A DNA stretch of 64,000 bases from Raillietiella orientalis. Its lineage: Eukaryota. Positions 35,012-46,858 of the stretch are shown here, piece by piece (positions within the stretch are counted from its first letter, which is position 1; each line of letters starts with the position of its first letter). The notes beneath the pieces are model-generated. The model was not told the DNA's origin and searched no databases. It worked only from the letters and a program-made list of their open reading frames with translations. The stretch covers positions 3,286,001 to 3,350,000 of the forward strand of contig JAYWIR010000007.1 in NCBI GenBank assembly GCA_036172245.1. Direction: 5' to 3'. Position numbers and translations under genes: made by a program.

Positions 35012-36504
35012 CTCCCAGTTCGGGCAGGGTTCCTCATCCCACTCACCTTTCCGCGAAGGAGAGGTGCTGTGGTGGTGAAGCTTGCGCTTCTTTTTGCCTC
35101 TCGAAAAGCACTTGCAGCCACCGCAGCCTGGACTCCAGCATCTCCTCTATCCTTTCCTACCTAGCCAACGCCTTTCCTAGTAGCAGGTGCTCCACAGAGT
35201 CCAGGCAATCCCCGTGCTCCTTCCTTTCCCAGAACTCGGCATGCATCTCTGGAATGAGCAACGCGTTAGCGCACAGCATCACCGGAAGGGAAGATCCTGA
35301 TTCTCGCGCCGCACTGCCAGCAGCGGCCATGACTCTTCGAGAAGTCCGTCTTTGCATGGGTCTCCTGCGCAGATGGATCCGCTAACGCCTTGCATGCCGT
35401 CTTCTATGAGAGCCCCCGCTTCCATGGCGACCCCGGAAGCCAGCTCCGGACTCTGGGGAGCTCGGATCATGCCGACCGCGCTCCCCTCCGGCTCCTGCCG
35501 CTGGTCTACCCGTCGTCTATTGGCCATCTCCTCTCCAAATAAAACAAAATCGGGAGAACACCTGTCGTCTTGGGGGCCACGACGGAGTGAGAGGTTGAAG
35601 GGGCGTGTTCTCTCCCAGCAGCCTTCGAGGCGCACCAAGGAGGATGGGAAAAAATCGCCCAAAGAAGGAAGTCCTGTTCCTCTAGAGGTCGAGTGATCGT
35701 CCAGGAAAATGTGGGTTTTCCTTGCCCTATTGCTGTGAATGATTTCCCGCTTCCGGGAAGTCGCAAATTTCGGCAGGAGAGGGAAGGGAAGTTTCACGGG
35801 CGGGAAAAGTCTCCAAGGCTGTCTCCTTCGTCCACTGACCTTCGTATGGGACTCTCCGATTTCCGTAGAGGCCGCAGACCGACCGGGCACCGGTGTCCTG
35901 TCGAGGAGAAGTCATCGGGACTCGAGTCATTGGCGGTCTGTCGAGGGAGTAGGGGGAAGGAGGAGGCGTCGTTGAGAACCTCCATAGGAACTGCCGTCCA
36001 GTCTTCCAGACTTCTGCAAGGAAGAGGTCCCAGGTCGCAGCGGGAGATTTCGCCGGGCGTATTGAGGATGCGATAACTCTGAAGAGGCGGCGAGTATCCT
36101 CGAGCCCCCGTTTGCCACAACCGTGCTTTACGTCTTCCTTGTTCTCTCTGCCACCAAACGGAACCTACAGCTTTCCTCCCGGCGCCATCCCTGAAGGCGA
36201 ATCGCACACTGCCCGACGCATCCACAGAAAACTCTGGGAAGCGGAGACTAGGAAACCACTCAATCCCCCCCTCGTCTCCTCTTCACCTCAGCACCTGGAC
36301 GTATCTTCGTCGCTCATCTCTCCTGGTAGGCAACCTGACTTGAAGAAGGAACAAATGATAGGTTCCCAAAGCTGGAAGTCCTTGCGGTCCTCCCTTATGG
36401 TTCCTCGAGAAACCAGTCCTTGAAAACGAGACGATGATGACGGAACGGGTCCGAAGGATCATGGGATCACCATCTGTCTTTTTTTTTTTTTCTTATGGGA
36501 TGGT

Positions 36505-37090
36505 CCTCTCCATTTCATCTTCTCCGAAGGGAACCCGGAAAGGATCCGCTAGTAAGAATTTCTTCTCCGGAGGGAACCCGCAAGGGAACCGCTCCTGTTC
36601 ACTCCTCTGAAGACAACCCCGAAGGGACGCTTCCGAAATTCAGAAGGACGCTGCTTCCCCGACGGGATCAGCTCGTTTCTCTGCACTCTCTGGGGAGGTG
36701 GTTGCTACACACCGACTTCATCAGTACGACGCGGAGGGTCCCTCCAGAATGGGGTTCCGCTCCTTCACAACCGGAGGGGTAACTCCAATGATTTGTAAGA
36801 CCAACTTCTTATGCACCCCTTTTATTATAACATAACCATCAAATAACAGTCTTTTCTCCTTGATTCCTGGAAGGACCCGAAGTTCGACTCCTATTGTTCT
36901 GGCCTTCAATCGGGGGCCTCCGGCTTGAATCGCTGCCGGGGCCGCGCCCGAATGTATGTAGGCCAACCATCGCCAACTTGCAGGAGGAACTGGGGACCCA
37001 ACGACGCAGTGACGTCAGTTTCTGTCGGAGTATTCGAACCCGCGACGCATGGTGTCACACGCGGAAGGAGCAAACACAAAGCCTCCGACG
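36505..37090 (-). mobile_element. SINE-like dispersed repeat, copy 2
   Basis: Reverse strand reads caccatgcgtcgcgggttcgaatactccga. It shares gacgcttccgaaattcagaaggacgc.gcttcccc and tttctctgcactctctggggaggtgg with copy 1 in inverted orientation. Confidence 0.7.
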
Positions 37091-38849
37091 AGGGCACCAT
37101 CTGTCTTCCGAGTGGTTTTGAGTCCATGTGTCCACTCCCATGCCATGCTTCCTTTTTTTTTTTTTTTCCAGTTCATTTCCATTTTGGGGGATTCCTGTTT
37201 TCTTTCCCTTTTTATAGTTGACTCTGTTTTTCTTTTCGTTGCGTCCCTGAGCCGGAAATCGGGAGGGAGTCCCGGCTCCCCGAGCAGAGCGCTCTCTTGG
37301 ATGGAGGCGGGGACGGACGTGGGAGCGAAGGAAAGGAAAATCGAAGGATCTGGAAAAATCCTCACCCCTCACCCCGCTTGGATTTCCATAGTCGCCACTC
37401 GCCTGCTGCGGACTCGGCGTGTGCGAGCGCGGTTCGCGTGCATTCCTAGCCTCTAAGCGGAGAGCGCTCGAAAGTCACCTGCGCGTTCCTCTCGCACGGC
37501 GGACCGGGAAATTGGAGGGTCCGACCGGAGCCTCCACCTTCTCAGCACCCCTTCAGAAAAGAGGGAGGTGCGTGCGACTGCGATCTAGCGTTTTCATCCT
37601 TCTCCCCACACCCCGAATCCCCAGAAGCTCATCGGCGAGCACCCTCGACCTTGCTGGCACTCTGGCAGTAGTCCACAGAGCCAGTTCCCCTACCCCTGTC
37701 CTGCTTGTTCCGGTGCCGTTGCTCTGCCCACGCAGAGGGACAGGTGGTATACAGCAGGATTTCCTCCCCTCCATCATGCCTCCCTTCGAGGGATTGGCTG
37801 ACTGAAAGCCACTATCTCCTGGTGTTCCTGGGAAGCCCTCCTCATCTGTGTCACCAGCTGGATCCATTCCTTCAGCTGACTACGATTTGTCTGTCGATGC
37901 ACCTTTGCACGTCCACACCAAGGATCAGAGCCGTCCTACGACTTGGATGGGCAACGTCCAACGAGGAGGATGAGCCTTCCTGCATGAATGAATCTGTGAT
38001 CGGACTGACCGACGGTGTGTTTGCCGTGGGATGGAAGATGCCCTGGATCTAACGCTGCCCTCTGCAGGACGTGGCGTTCTTTCGATCCGGGCATTTCTCA
38101 ACACGAGCCATGAGGAATGTCCATTCTGGCTTGTATGGTATCGCTCGAGGCGATTTTTCTTTCCCTCACGTAGCCATCAGAGGTAACGTTGGCGGCTGCC
38201 CTCTCCTGAAAGTGTATCTCACGACGACTCGAGCGGTTTTCCCCCCGCCACTCGGATCGGTCACCGGCCGACTCCTGGCGCGCAAGAGGTGGACGAGGAG
38301 CCTACGGTCACTGTTTCCCGTTGGAGTCTTCGTGGGAGGCTAAAGGAAGGAAGCGACCGCCCGCAGGTTCGGAGAGAACTCCTCGCCCTTGTCGTTTCTC
38401 TGCGCCATCTGAGCGGAAGCGCGCGCGCCGCGGAACGGAAGACAGACTGCGAAGGAATGCGGAGCTCCCGAGCTGACCCCCCTTCCAGGCCCTGGAGCCC
38501 CTATTCAACAGGATCGACGAGTCTGCGCTCGTTTGCACCAGTGAGCCGACCGCTCCAAGTTCCTGCGTCGCGGTTCCATCCGAGAAGCTGCGCACATCCG
38601 CTCCGATAGATGTTCGAGCTGCTCTCCTGAGTCGAGAAAAGAACATCCCTCAGCAGCTTGCCACCGACCGGATGCTTGCGAAGTCACCATGTCTGCGACG
38701 GTCAAAGCGTAGCACCCAACACTCGCGCGTAGAGCGTCCACGCGCTACCCGTACACCGCATGCAGTTCGTTCAAGACCCCAATTCTTTTCCCAACAAGAA
38801 AACTCTCCTAGCAGTCGGCCTGAAGGCAGATCAGTTAGGAAGCTTCCTA

Positions 38850-38965
38850 GATAGGATGGAAGATTGGCAACGAGTCGAACTATTTGGCAGAAGGCTGGAG
38901 CCAGAACTCAGGAACCACCCTTTTGTGGGTGAAATCTCTAGTTACGAGCTGGAAGGTTCCCGAGC
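38850..38965 (+). pseudogene. Inverted duplicate of the 3' half of GK5 exon 5 plus the following intron
   Basis: gataggatggaagattggcaacgag...ccagaactcaggaaccaccct...gaaatctctag..gga aggttc is the near reverse complement of 40380-40492. The donor GTATGAG is mutated to TTACGAG. Confidence 0.85.
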
Positions 38966-39663
38966 TTGACAAAGGCATACGGTCCATATCCTTTGGCTAC
39001 CTTCTTCTCGATGGATGCTACTGGAGGTTTGTCGAGATTGGTGAGTTCAGTTCACGATCCCCTCAGCAGGATTTAGGATTGAGAGCTGATGCTCGGACGC
39101 TGCTTACCACCACCTCCAGCCTGCAGAGTAGACGAGGAATGCTGCGACCACCCCCGCCCCTGGCGCCTGCTCTGAATGGAATGCCCTGCGCTCATGCTCG
39201 GGACCTGAAACCATACGCATCTGTCGGAGAGACTCCAGAAGTTCGCGTGAGCCGGCACAAATCAAGCCCACCCTCACAAAACGACAACGACAGGACAGCG
39301 GATCAATTGGGAAACAGGCAAGCTCGATTCTCGACACAAGACGAATGTCATCCCGTATTCAAAACGACGATCAGCAGTCGCCTGGTAAAGACCACGCTCC
39401 TCACACGAAGCAGGGGGAAAAAAGGACACGAAGAGCCTTGGAAACCCATAAAAAATATCGAAGATCATGGAATAGTGACGAGCGTTTTTTGAACGATGGC
39501 TGCTGAGCTCTCGCAGCGTTTCCTCCGTTACGAAGGTGCAGGGGGAGCGAAGCCCAGCGCAACTACGGTTAGGGTTCGCACGAACAGCTTCGCCTCCGTT
39601 CATCACGCACCATCCGGATGCATCATGGGCTCCGCTGATGGGATGCTGACGTGCATCAGGATC

Positions 39664-42600
39664 TCAGGAGTGAACGTACCACTCTTTCAAGCTCTGCATG
39701 GCTTTGATCCAAATCTGGAAATCCTTTTCCAGGCCCTCGGATTCCAGTTCGCTAGGAGGCAGCACCGATTCCCTTTGTGCAAGTTCCATGAGGTGCGCAG
39801 AGGACCACATGCCTGCCGTCACTCTGGGACGTACTGGCTTCACGCCGTGCTGCAGCATGCGTTACCTTCGTACACGCCTGCCATGAGGGCTGCCCCGACG
39901 CAGCTTGAGTAGTCCCGGAGACCTCTGACCAGAGGCATCCTGAGCAACGCGCTGATCTGTTCCAGGATGAACTTATTCGCACTGACGCCGCCGCCCACGC
40001 TGCAATTTTTCGTCGCCGCTAACCACAGGAACAACAAATCTCTGCAGTCCGTTTACCACACAGTGCTGCAAGAAAGGTCGATCTGGCTCCTGATGCTGTC
40101 GAAGAGAGCTCTAGCGCTGAAGGCTATGCTCTGCAACAAAGCGCGGATGATGTGCTCGCTCGAGGACGCTGACTTCAGGTCCGTAAAACCCGCTGCAGCA
40201 GAAGGATCGACGGCGAGAACCTTTAAAGAAAGGAAGCTCGGGAAGCTGGGCAATCGAATCCTGCCTGCAATCCCGAAAACGCAGGGACGAAGTAAACCCC
40301 TCCACTGTCTTTCGCAGCTTCGGCCATATCCGACGTCTCGGATTCTTCTTTGAACAATCCTAAGGAGGTACTCCTCTCCTCGAACCTTCCATCTCATACC
40401 TAGAGATTTCGCCCACAGAAGGGTGGTTCCTGAGTTCTGGCTGCAGCTTTCTGCCAAATAGGTTAGCTCGTTGCCAATCTTCCATCCTATCAAGGGGTAA
40501 ACGTTCCCGTGCAAAGGCAGAGGTTTGGGACCCGTATTGACGTCGACGAAAGTACCCGTTCCAAGGGTGATTTTGGCATCTCCAGGACAAAAGCAGCAGC
40601 TTCCATAAACAGATGCTTGCTGGTCGCCTACCTAACCAAAGATAGGTAGGTCTCCTTCCACTCTTCCTCAATCCGACCGCACATCAACTGACCAAAACGC
40701 GAATCGGCAGTTCGCTCCCTAAAATGGACGCGTCCACGAAGCCGAAATCGTCCGCGGTGTCCTTGATCCTCGGGAGGATGTGCTTTGGAATTCCAAACAG
40801 GTGAAGCAGCAGGCTCCAAGACATCGTAAAGGGGTCGAACATCCCCCCCGTGGCGGATGCATTCGACACGTCGGTGACGTGCAAACGTCCGAGGGTGAGC
40901 CTGTAGACCAGCCAAGAGTCGACGGTTCCGAACTGCGCGTTATTCTGCCGCACGCTCCTCATGACGGCCTGGTTGCTCTCCAGAACCCAGAGCAAACGTG
41001 ACATCGCCTAGATATGCATCCGCCATCGATCTCCCTTCCAGGTTAATGAGCACGCTTTTACATGGATGTTGCTGAGCCTGAATCTGGATGCAGTCAAAAA
41101 TCTGCGGCTGCGAGTCATGAGGTGAGCCAGCCACGCTGTCCGCTGGAAGATCTGAAAGCAAGCACATTCGGAAGCGGCAGTCATCCGAAAGCGGGCGCAA
41201 AGATGCTTCCTGTTGCAGCTCAGCTTCTTGCAAGACGGACGGGGGGCGCTCTAGGGAGCATGTTGCGTGTTCAGCAACAGGAGCGAATCCTTAAGTAACA
41301 CGGATGAAGATGCGTCATTCTGACACGCCCTTTCATCTCCGATTATTCAGAACTTTGCTCTCCGGACCGGCGTTCGTTCCGATTTTCTGTGTATGCGGCG
41401 AATTTTCGTGACCTGACTTTGGACACGCGCGTCTCCCCATCGCCCGCAGCGTCCGTTTTTGATCCCCGTTACTAGGACAAAAACTTCAAGGGGACTCTGA
41501 ATCACTTGCTGTCACTCGACTCGTTTCATCATCCCAGGAACACTTTATATTTCGGCACGACGAGGCACTTTCCCAGAAATCACCATGGAAACCCTCGTCA
41601 GCGTTCTCAATCGCTGAGCGCTCACGCGTTCAGCGATTGAGAACGGACTGTAACGGCTGCCATTCCATTGGAATCAACGGCGTGCTTGCAGCACTGGAAA
41701 TCGCTGTCTTCGTCGCTTGCGTCACGTCGAGCATCGGGCGGAAGTCTGGCAAACGATGGAGTGTGAAGCGGAGCATTGCAGTCCCTGATCGATGAACGTC
41801 ATGCCCAAGGGGATGCCATGTCCCTCTCGCACCGAAAATGTTGGTTACTTATTGATCAGCTTGGAGACCACCTGCAAGTCCATCCGTGACACAGATCTCG
41901 ATCTCCTGAGTAGCCAAACGCCAGCTAGGAAACGAACAGGAGATCGATCTTGCCGTGGGTGCCAGACGAAGAATGAAACGCTACCCACACATCTTCAATC
42001 ATTATGGAGCCACATGCTTGAATCGTTCGCCTCTGCAGCAGGATGAGCCATGCCTTGATCTACCACGTCCAGGAGACGGACCATGGACCGTGGAAGTTCC
42101 CACCCAGCAACCAAGGGATACCCGGAGCGGAGTTATCTCTGAGACCCGATCTCGTCCCGGGAAAAGGAAACGCGCGTCGTCCTTCCTCCTCCAAATAAGC
42201 GGACTCGTCGCCAATAACCCGCCCTATCGAGTAAGGAGTAAGCGCTCCCTTGCAAAGGCAGAGGTTTGGGACCCGTGTTGACATCGACGGAAGTACCCGT
42301 TCCAAGGGTGATTTTGGCGTTTCCAGGAGAAAGCGAGCAAATTCCTGGAGCAGATGCTTGCTAACCACCTGCCTTCTTTCTCGCCGCAACCTCACGTCTA
42401 CTGACCCAGACATGGATCGGCAGCTCGCTTCTGGAAGAGCACGGGACGAATCAAGAATAGTGGCCTTTGGTTCGACCTCCGCTCGTTCGAAAGCCCGTCG
42501 GCAGCATTCACCGGCTCACCGGGGGGCTCACGAAGCTCTCAAACACCACCGTCCACGGCACACGAGGGTACTTGTTAACCCTTCGAGTTATGGGAGGGTA

Positions 42601-45600
42601 GCTCCGGAGGGAACGACTCTATGAATCTGCCTCCGGAAGGAGTCCATTCCTCTTACGCTTGGGAGGGAACCCCGAAAGGAACCTCATTCTTTTCCTCCAG
42701 AAGGGGTCACTACTCATTTCTTTTGCGAAGGGAATCCGGAAAAGATCCGCTCCTTGAATTTATTCTCCCAAGGGAACCCGCGAGGGAACCGCTCCTTGTT
42801 TACTCCTTGAAGAGAACCCCGAAGGATGCTTCCAAGTTTCCCTGAAGGGAGCAGCGCTCTTCTTGCACTCTGGGGAGGCAGCCCCCCAAGGGGGATATCA
42901 ACCAGTCCATGGTAAGAGATAAAGGATCCCCCCTCCATTTTCACAACCCTGAAAGGAGCCCCTTCGGGGACCGCGTAGAGAACTGACTCCTTGATTCCTG
43001 GAAGCACCCGGAACAGTCCCGGCCAGTCAACGGGGGCATCCGGGATTTTCTGGCTTCCACCAGTGCCGCGCCCCTAGACTTCAGGCCAACCAACATCATC
43101 CTGCGGGGGAGGGAGGGGACTGGAAACCCACGACGCATCCCCGTTCTCGGCGTCGATCCTTCCCCGGGTGGGATTGGAACCCAGAGATCTTGGTGCCACG
43201 CGCGAAGACCGACAGCTTGGTTTTGGAAAAGAAACGTCCCAGGGCAACCGGGTGAAAGCGGCAACGTAGGGACAGCCCGGCGCAAGGACAGCAACATCTA
43301 CTTCTGCCACCGCAGGGGAAGCGCGCAGCTGTCCAAAAACACTGCGGGGATCTCGAGGTTTTCCAGGAAGAATTGCGGGAACATCCACTCAGAGGAAAAA
43401 TGCTTCGGGGTGGACGGCGGGATCAGAAGTGCCGTTCAGCATCCCCTTGGCTTCTTTCTTCCTGAGACCACGCGTGGGACCTCCCACTTTGCCGCTTGGT
43501 CACTACTGCAGCTCTCCCGTAGGGAGGTCAGCTCTGCAGCAGGTGATGGAGTTGTCCGGCAAGGCGGCATAACCAAGACATCCAGTCGGAGTAGGACGGC
43601 AGGTCCAGTCGCTAGTAGACGACAAAGCTTTGTGTCCACTCGACGACAAGACTCGGGCCGGCATGCTCGTCCCAGTGGCGAGAACCCCCGGCTACAAGAG
43701 CGAGGCTTCGGATTCGAACCCCGACGGAGACAAAGAGCGCCTCATTAAGTCTGGACCCCGATGGCAAAAAAAAAAAAGAGAGACCCGGTGGCAGAAAGCA
43801 GGGTCTCAGAGGCGAATGTGATCCGTTGCTACGAAGCCCCACACCCCATTCGTGAACACCTGCAGCGCACTTGTCCTCTTTCCACGGGGTGGGGGACCGG
43901 CTCGCGTCCCCCGTCGGTCTCGAAATGAGTCCAGGCGCAAGCAGGGACAGTTCCATTATCACCTGCTTGAACGGAACACCACGCCGGTCACGATGCTGCG
44001 GTGAGCAAGCAGTGCCCATGCGATCGGTCGGGTCGGCACGGCTTGCGGGTGCTGAAGGGCATGATGCGAGCGCATCTCTGCCGCCGCAGCTACGCTCATC
44101 TCTTGCCCGCGTTTCCTTCCCAACTGCGCACTTCCCAGCTTGCGTAAACATCGCAGCGTCGGCCTCGCTGGATGCACTCCGAGGGGGAAACCGCGGAGAC
44201 GCAGCAGCACCACCTGCGCCCCGAGCTACGCACGCCTTCTCCAAGCGGAACAGGGCGCTGTCCCCATCCCCTCCCGGGTCTAAACGGGGGAGCGCCGCAT
44301 TCCGTGGGCAACGTCAGCAACGAACGCGCGCGACGAAGGAGGAGCGTCACGTAGCGCCTTCAGCAGCTCCCGAGGAGGGTAGTGGACTTCTCTGTGAAGC
44401 CATCAGGACTCCCCTGTCGATCGAAAGTTAACTGCCCAGAAAGAGCAAGAGTGAGCTGATATCTCGTGGCTAGGTCCACGAAATCAACCAGCCTTCGGAT
44501 CAGATGGGGTGGACTCAAGCAAAGAGGCATCCGCGTCCAGACGACTCCGCGCGCAGAGAAAAAAAAAAAACGGCGAATAAAAGGCCCACTCACGGGGGCT
44601 TCGCATTGGTTTGAACTCATCCCGGTTGTCTCGCGCACCACGTGGCAGCTCCCCTTCCTCTCGTACTCGACACGTATCGACCAGAGGTCTCACCTCCAAC
44701 GCAACCATACGGAAGCGCACAGGCGAGCGGAGCTGTACAACGCGCCACGTGTCCGCTCGCTCGCTTGAAAGCCTTCGTGTCATCCACCCACCAGAGTTTC
44801 TGGAGTGACCAGTCTTAGTGGGACTTGAGGTCCATTAGCGCGCTTGATGCAGGTGGGCGTGGCGATACCTCCGATCCCCGGCTGATGCTGCCGCCTCTGT
44901 TGCGCTTCGCAAATATCGTGTAGGAGCCACCTGTCGTCTCCCTCCCACGCCAAACCCCCTTCTCCCCCTCCCTTCCTGCCTCCTTCAGGTCCCAATCCCG
45001 ACCTTTGGAGGGCACACTTGGACGGCCCTGCAGCGCCGGCAGCCTTTCCTTCTGGAACTTCCATCTGAATTTCGGCAACCATCCGAGATCCAGAGAGTGG
45101 AAATCGCTGGCAAAGCCGCGTGTCTGCCTCGACGCTGTTCCTGAAGAGCGTGCGAGCAGTCCGCCCGTGGCCTCACTCGATGGAATTCCACGTGATTCAC
45201 CAGAGCGGCCTCGTCCTCACCTCCTTCCCGAGCGCCTATCCGCAAGTGTTCGTCACTGCTGCCAACTCCTTCCCGTTCAATCCTCTCTGCAGCACCGCCT
45301 TCTGCGATCAAAGCTTCCCCGCGCTAAGCACTAAAGAACCGTTCGCCTTCTGGGAAGGAGAGAGGGGAGGAATCACGAAGCTCTTCAATACCGTCCAAGC
45401 CACCCACTCGAGGGTGCGTGCAACTCTTCGTTAGAGGGTGACCCCGGAAGAACCACCTTATGAATCTAGGAGGGGCTCCGGAGAAAGGGAATGGTCCGTG
45501 GAATGAAGAAGGATGCCACCACGCTCTTCTTAGGCATCGGATGCCTTTTGGTGGCATCTCGTGGGAATCGAGAGCCTTCGGGATGCGGAGACTTGCTGCG

Positions 45601-46858
45601 TGGAGATGGATGGAAGAGCAAGCGTCATCATCGTCTTCCTTTCTCTCGGTGACCGTGCTGGTCTGCGAACCGAGACGCGCCTGTGCCTTCATTCTGGTAA
45701 TCTCGGGGGCTTCTCTTCTCATTCCACGGCGCATCTTCGCCTATCCGTTTTCAGTTGCGTGCATCATCTTCCTGTAGTCAGTCCACCGCTGGTGGTAGCA
45801 TCACTTGCAGGATTCGCGGAAGAGTGTTCAAAAAGTCTCCCGCCAGAGGAGCTGAGGTCGATCGCTCCGCGAAGTTAACGGTGAGCGAGTTCATAGGAAC
45901 GCCGTCGGGAGCAACGAAAATCGGCGCGCGGATGGCGAGCGGTTCGTTCCGTTCTTCCAAACAGGAAGCTGATGTTTGCACGAAATTCAGGCTGATGCGG
46001 ACTTTTAAAGTCCAGGGTTCGCCGCCGCTTCCGACCGCGAAACGCGTCAGCCAGAAACCGTCTTTGCGGAGTTTCCTTAAGCGGTTTGCAGACCAAAGGA
46101 ACAAAAAGAGATAAGGTCCGGGAAGAGCCTGGCGTGTGTAGCTTTAGGATCTCCTCTCCCGTCCTTCTGTGATTTGGCCCAGGAGGTACGCCCTTCGCTA
46201 CTTCGAGGTTTAACACCCGATCTAGGATCTTTCACATCGCAATCACAATCCTCGAACGCACATGCGAAAAGCACAAAAATCAAACACTTGAGAAAGGCAA
46301 CTCTCTTCGCCTAGGCAACTCTCTCGTGTTTACCGGTCCTGAACGCGGAACGCATCCGAGTGACTTCTGCAGGTGAGGGAAAGCTTTCGTGACTTTTTTT
46401 CTCTCATAAACTCAATAAAATTACTTTCAGTTTCCACGATGAATTCCATCGATTCACCAATGCCTCCGCTCGTAGGTCCCTCCACGTCACGAAATTCATG
46501 AGAGGAGTCCCACTGTCCTTTTCCCATAAGGTGAACACGCCTCTTAAACTCGATATGGCCAAACAGCAGCTCTGGAGGCAGGCGCAACCGCTCTCTAACA
46601 GAACGTGGGACAGAAAGGTTTCCCCTCACCGATTCCCCCATCAGTACCGTGGAGAGCCTCTCTCATCGTGTCCAGGAAATCCAGCCAAAGGGTTTCGGGA
46701 TTGATTTCCTCGCTTCCGGAATCCGAATGCAAGATCTTCATGGGTCTACGGGAACACCCGACGATCGTGCCACTCCTGTCCAGGACGGCGCACTTGATGT
46801 ACGTGGTGCCCACATCAGCGGCTATCACGTGGCTAGTGGAACCCTTCGGCGATCTCAT
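39664..46858 (-). CDS. GK5: Putative glycerol kinase 5 (FGGY carbohydrate kinase family), 9 exons, 519 aa
   Basis: Exons (-): 46858-46648, 46594-46425, 41151-41062, 41007-40693, 40631-40400, 40359-40265, 40220-40057, 39999-39866, 39812-39664. They total 1560 nt with consistent phases. Motifs: VIAADVGTT, FVTWRDLRA, FGTVDSWLVYRLT, HVTDVSNASATG, VGDQQAS, KITLGTGTF, YPLIGWKIG, YFVPAFSGLQ, IIRALLQSIAF, GGVSANKF, C-terminal W..A....EWY. The HLMTRSRRFLTAS segment and YPLIGWKIG resemble GK5 rather than canonical GK. Confidence 0.9.
41602..41645. repeat. 20-bp-stem palindrome in GK5 intron 2
   Basis: cgttctcaatcgctgagcgc-tcac-gcgttcagcgattgagaacg, with one G:T pair. Confidence 0.92.
42130..42460 (-). 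pseudogene. Decayed genomic duplicate of GK5 exon 4 end / intron 4 / exon 5 inside GK5 intron 2
   Basis: tgcaaaggcagaggtttgggacccgtgttgacatcgacggaagtacccgttccaagggtgattttggc (42251-42318) closely matches 40510-40577. Weaker similarity extends on both sides, with indels. Confidence 0.8.
42575..43235 (-). mobile_element. SINE-like dispersed repeat, copy 3 (more diverged)
   Basis: Shares gggaacccgc.agggaaccgctcc, ctccttgattcctggaag and gagtccattcctct with the other copies. The head has gggttccaatccc. Confidence 0.6.
43300..45450 (-). mobile_element. Decayed LINE remnants within GK5 intron 2
   Basis: AAKWEVPRVVSGRKK (~43450-43500) matches AAKWEVTVIISGKEKK of the 51635-53013 element at DNA level (acctcccactt.gccgc). 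RLVDFVDLATRYQLTLALSGQLTFDR resembles an AP-endonuclease segment. Cys-rich gag-like remnant near 45000-45200. Confidence 0.4.
43660..43732 (+). pseudogene. tRNA-like sequence (pseudo-tRNA or SINE head)
   Basis: cccagtggcgaga (D-arm/A-box-like), cggctacaag, then cggattcgaaccccg (T-arm/B-box-like) at tRNA spacing. Acceptor and anticodon stems are imperfect. Confidence 0.4.

Noticed and set aside
43236..43258. cccagggcaaccgggtgaaa as a third copy of the LINE terminal hairpin
   Set aside because: Degenerate, with no adjoining UTR or TSD in the appropriate orientation.
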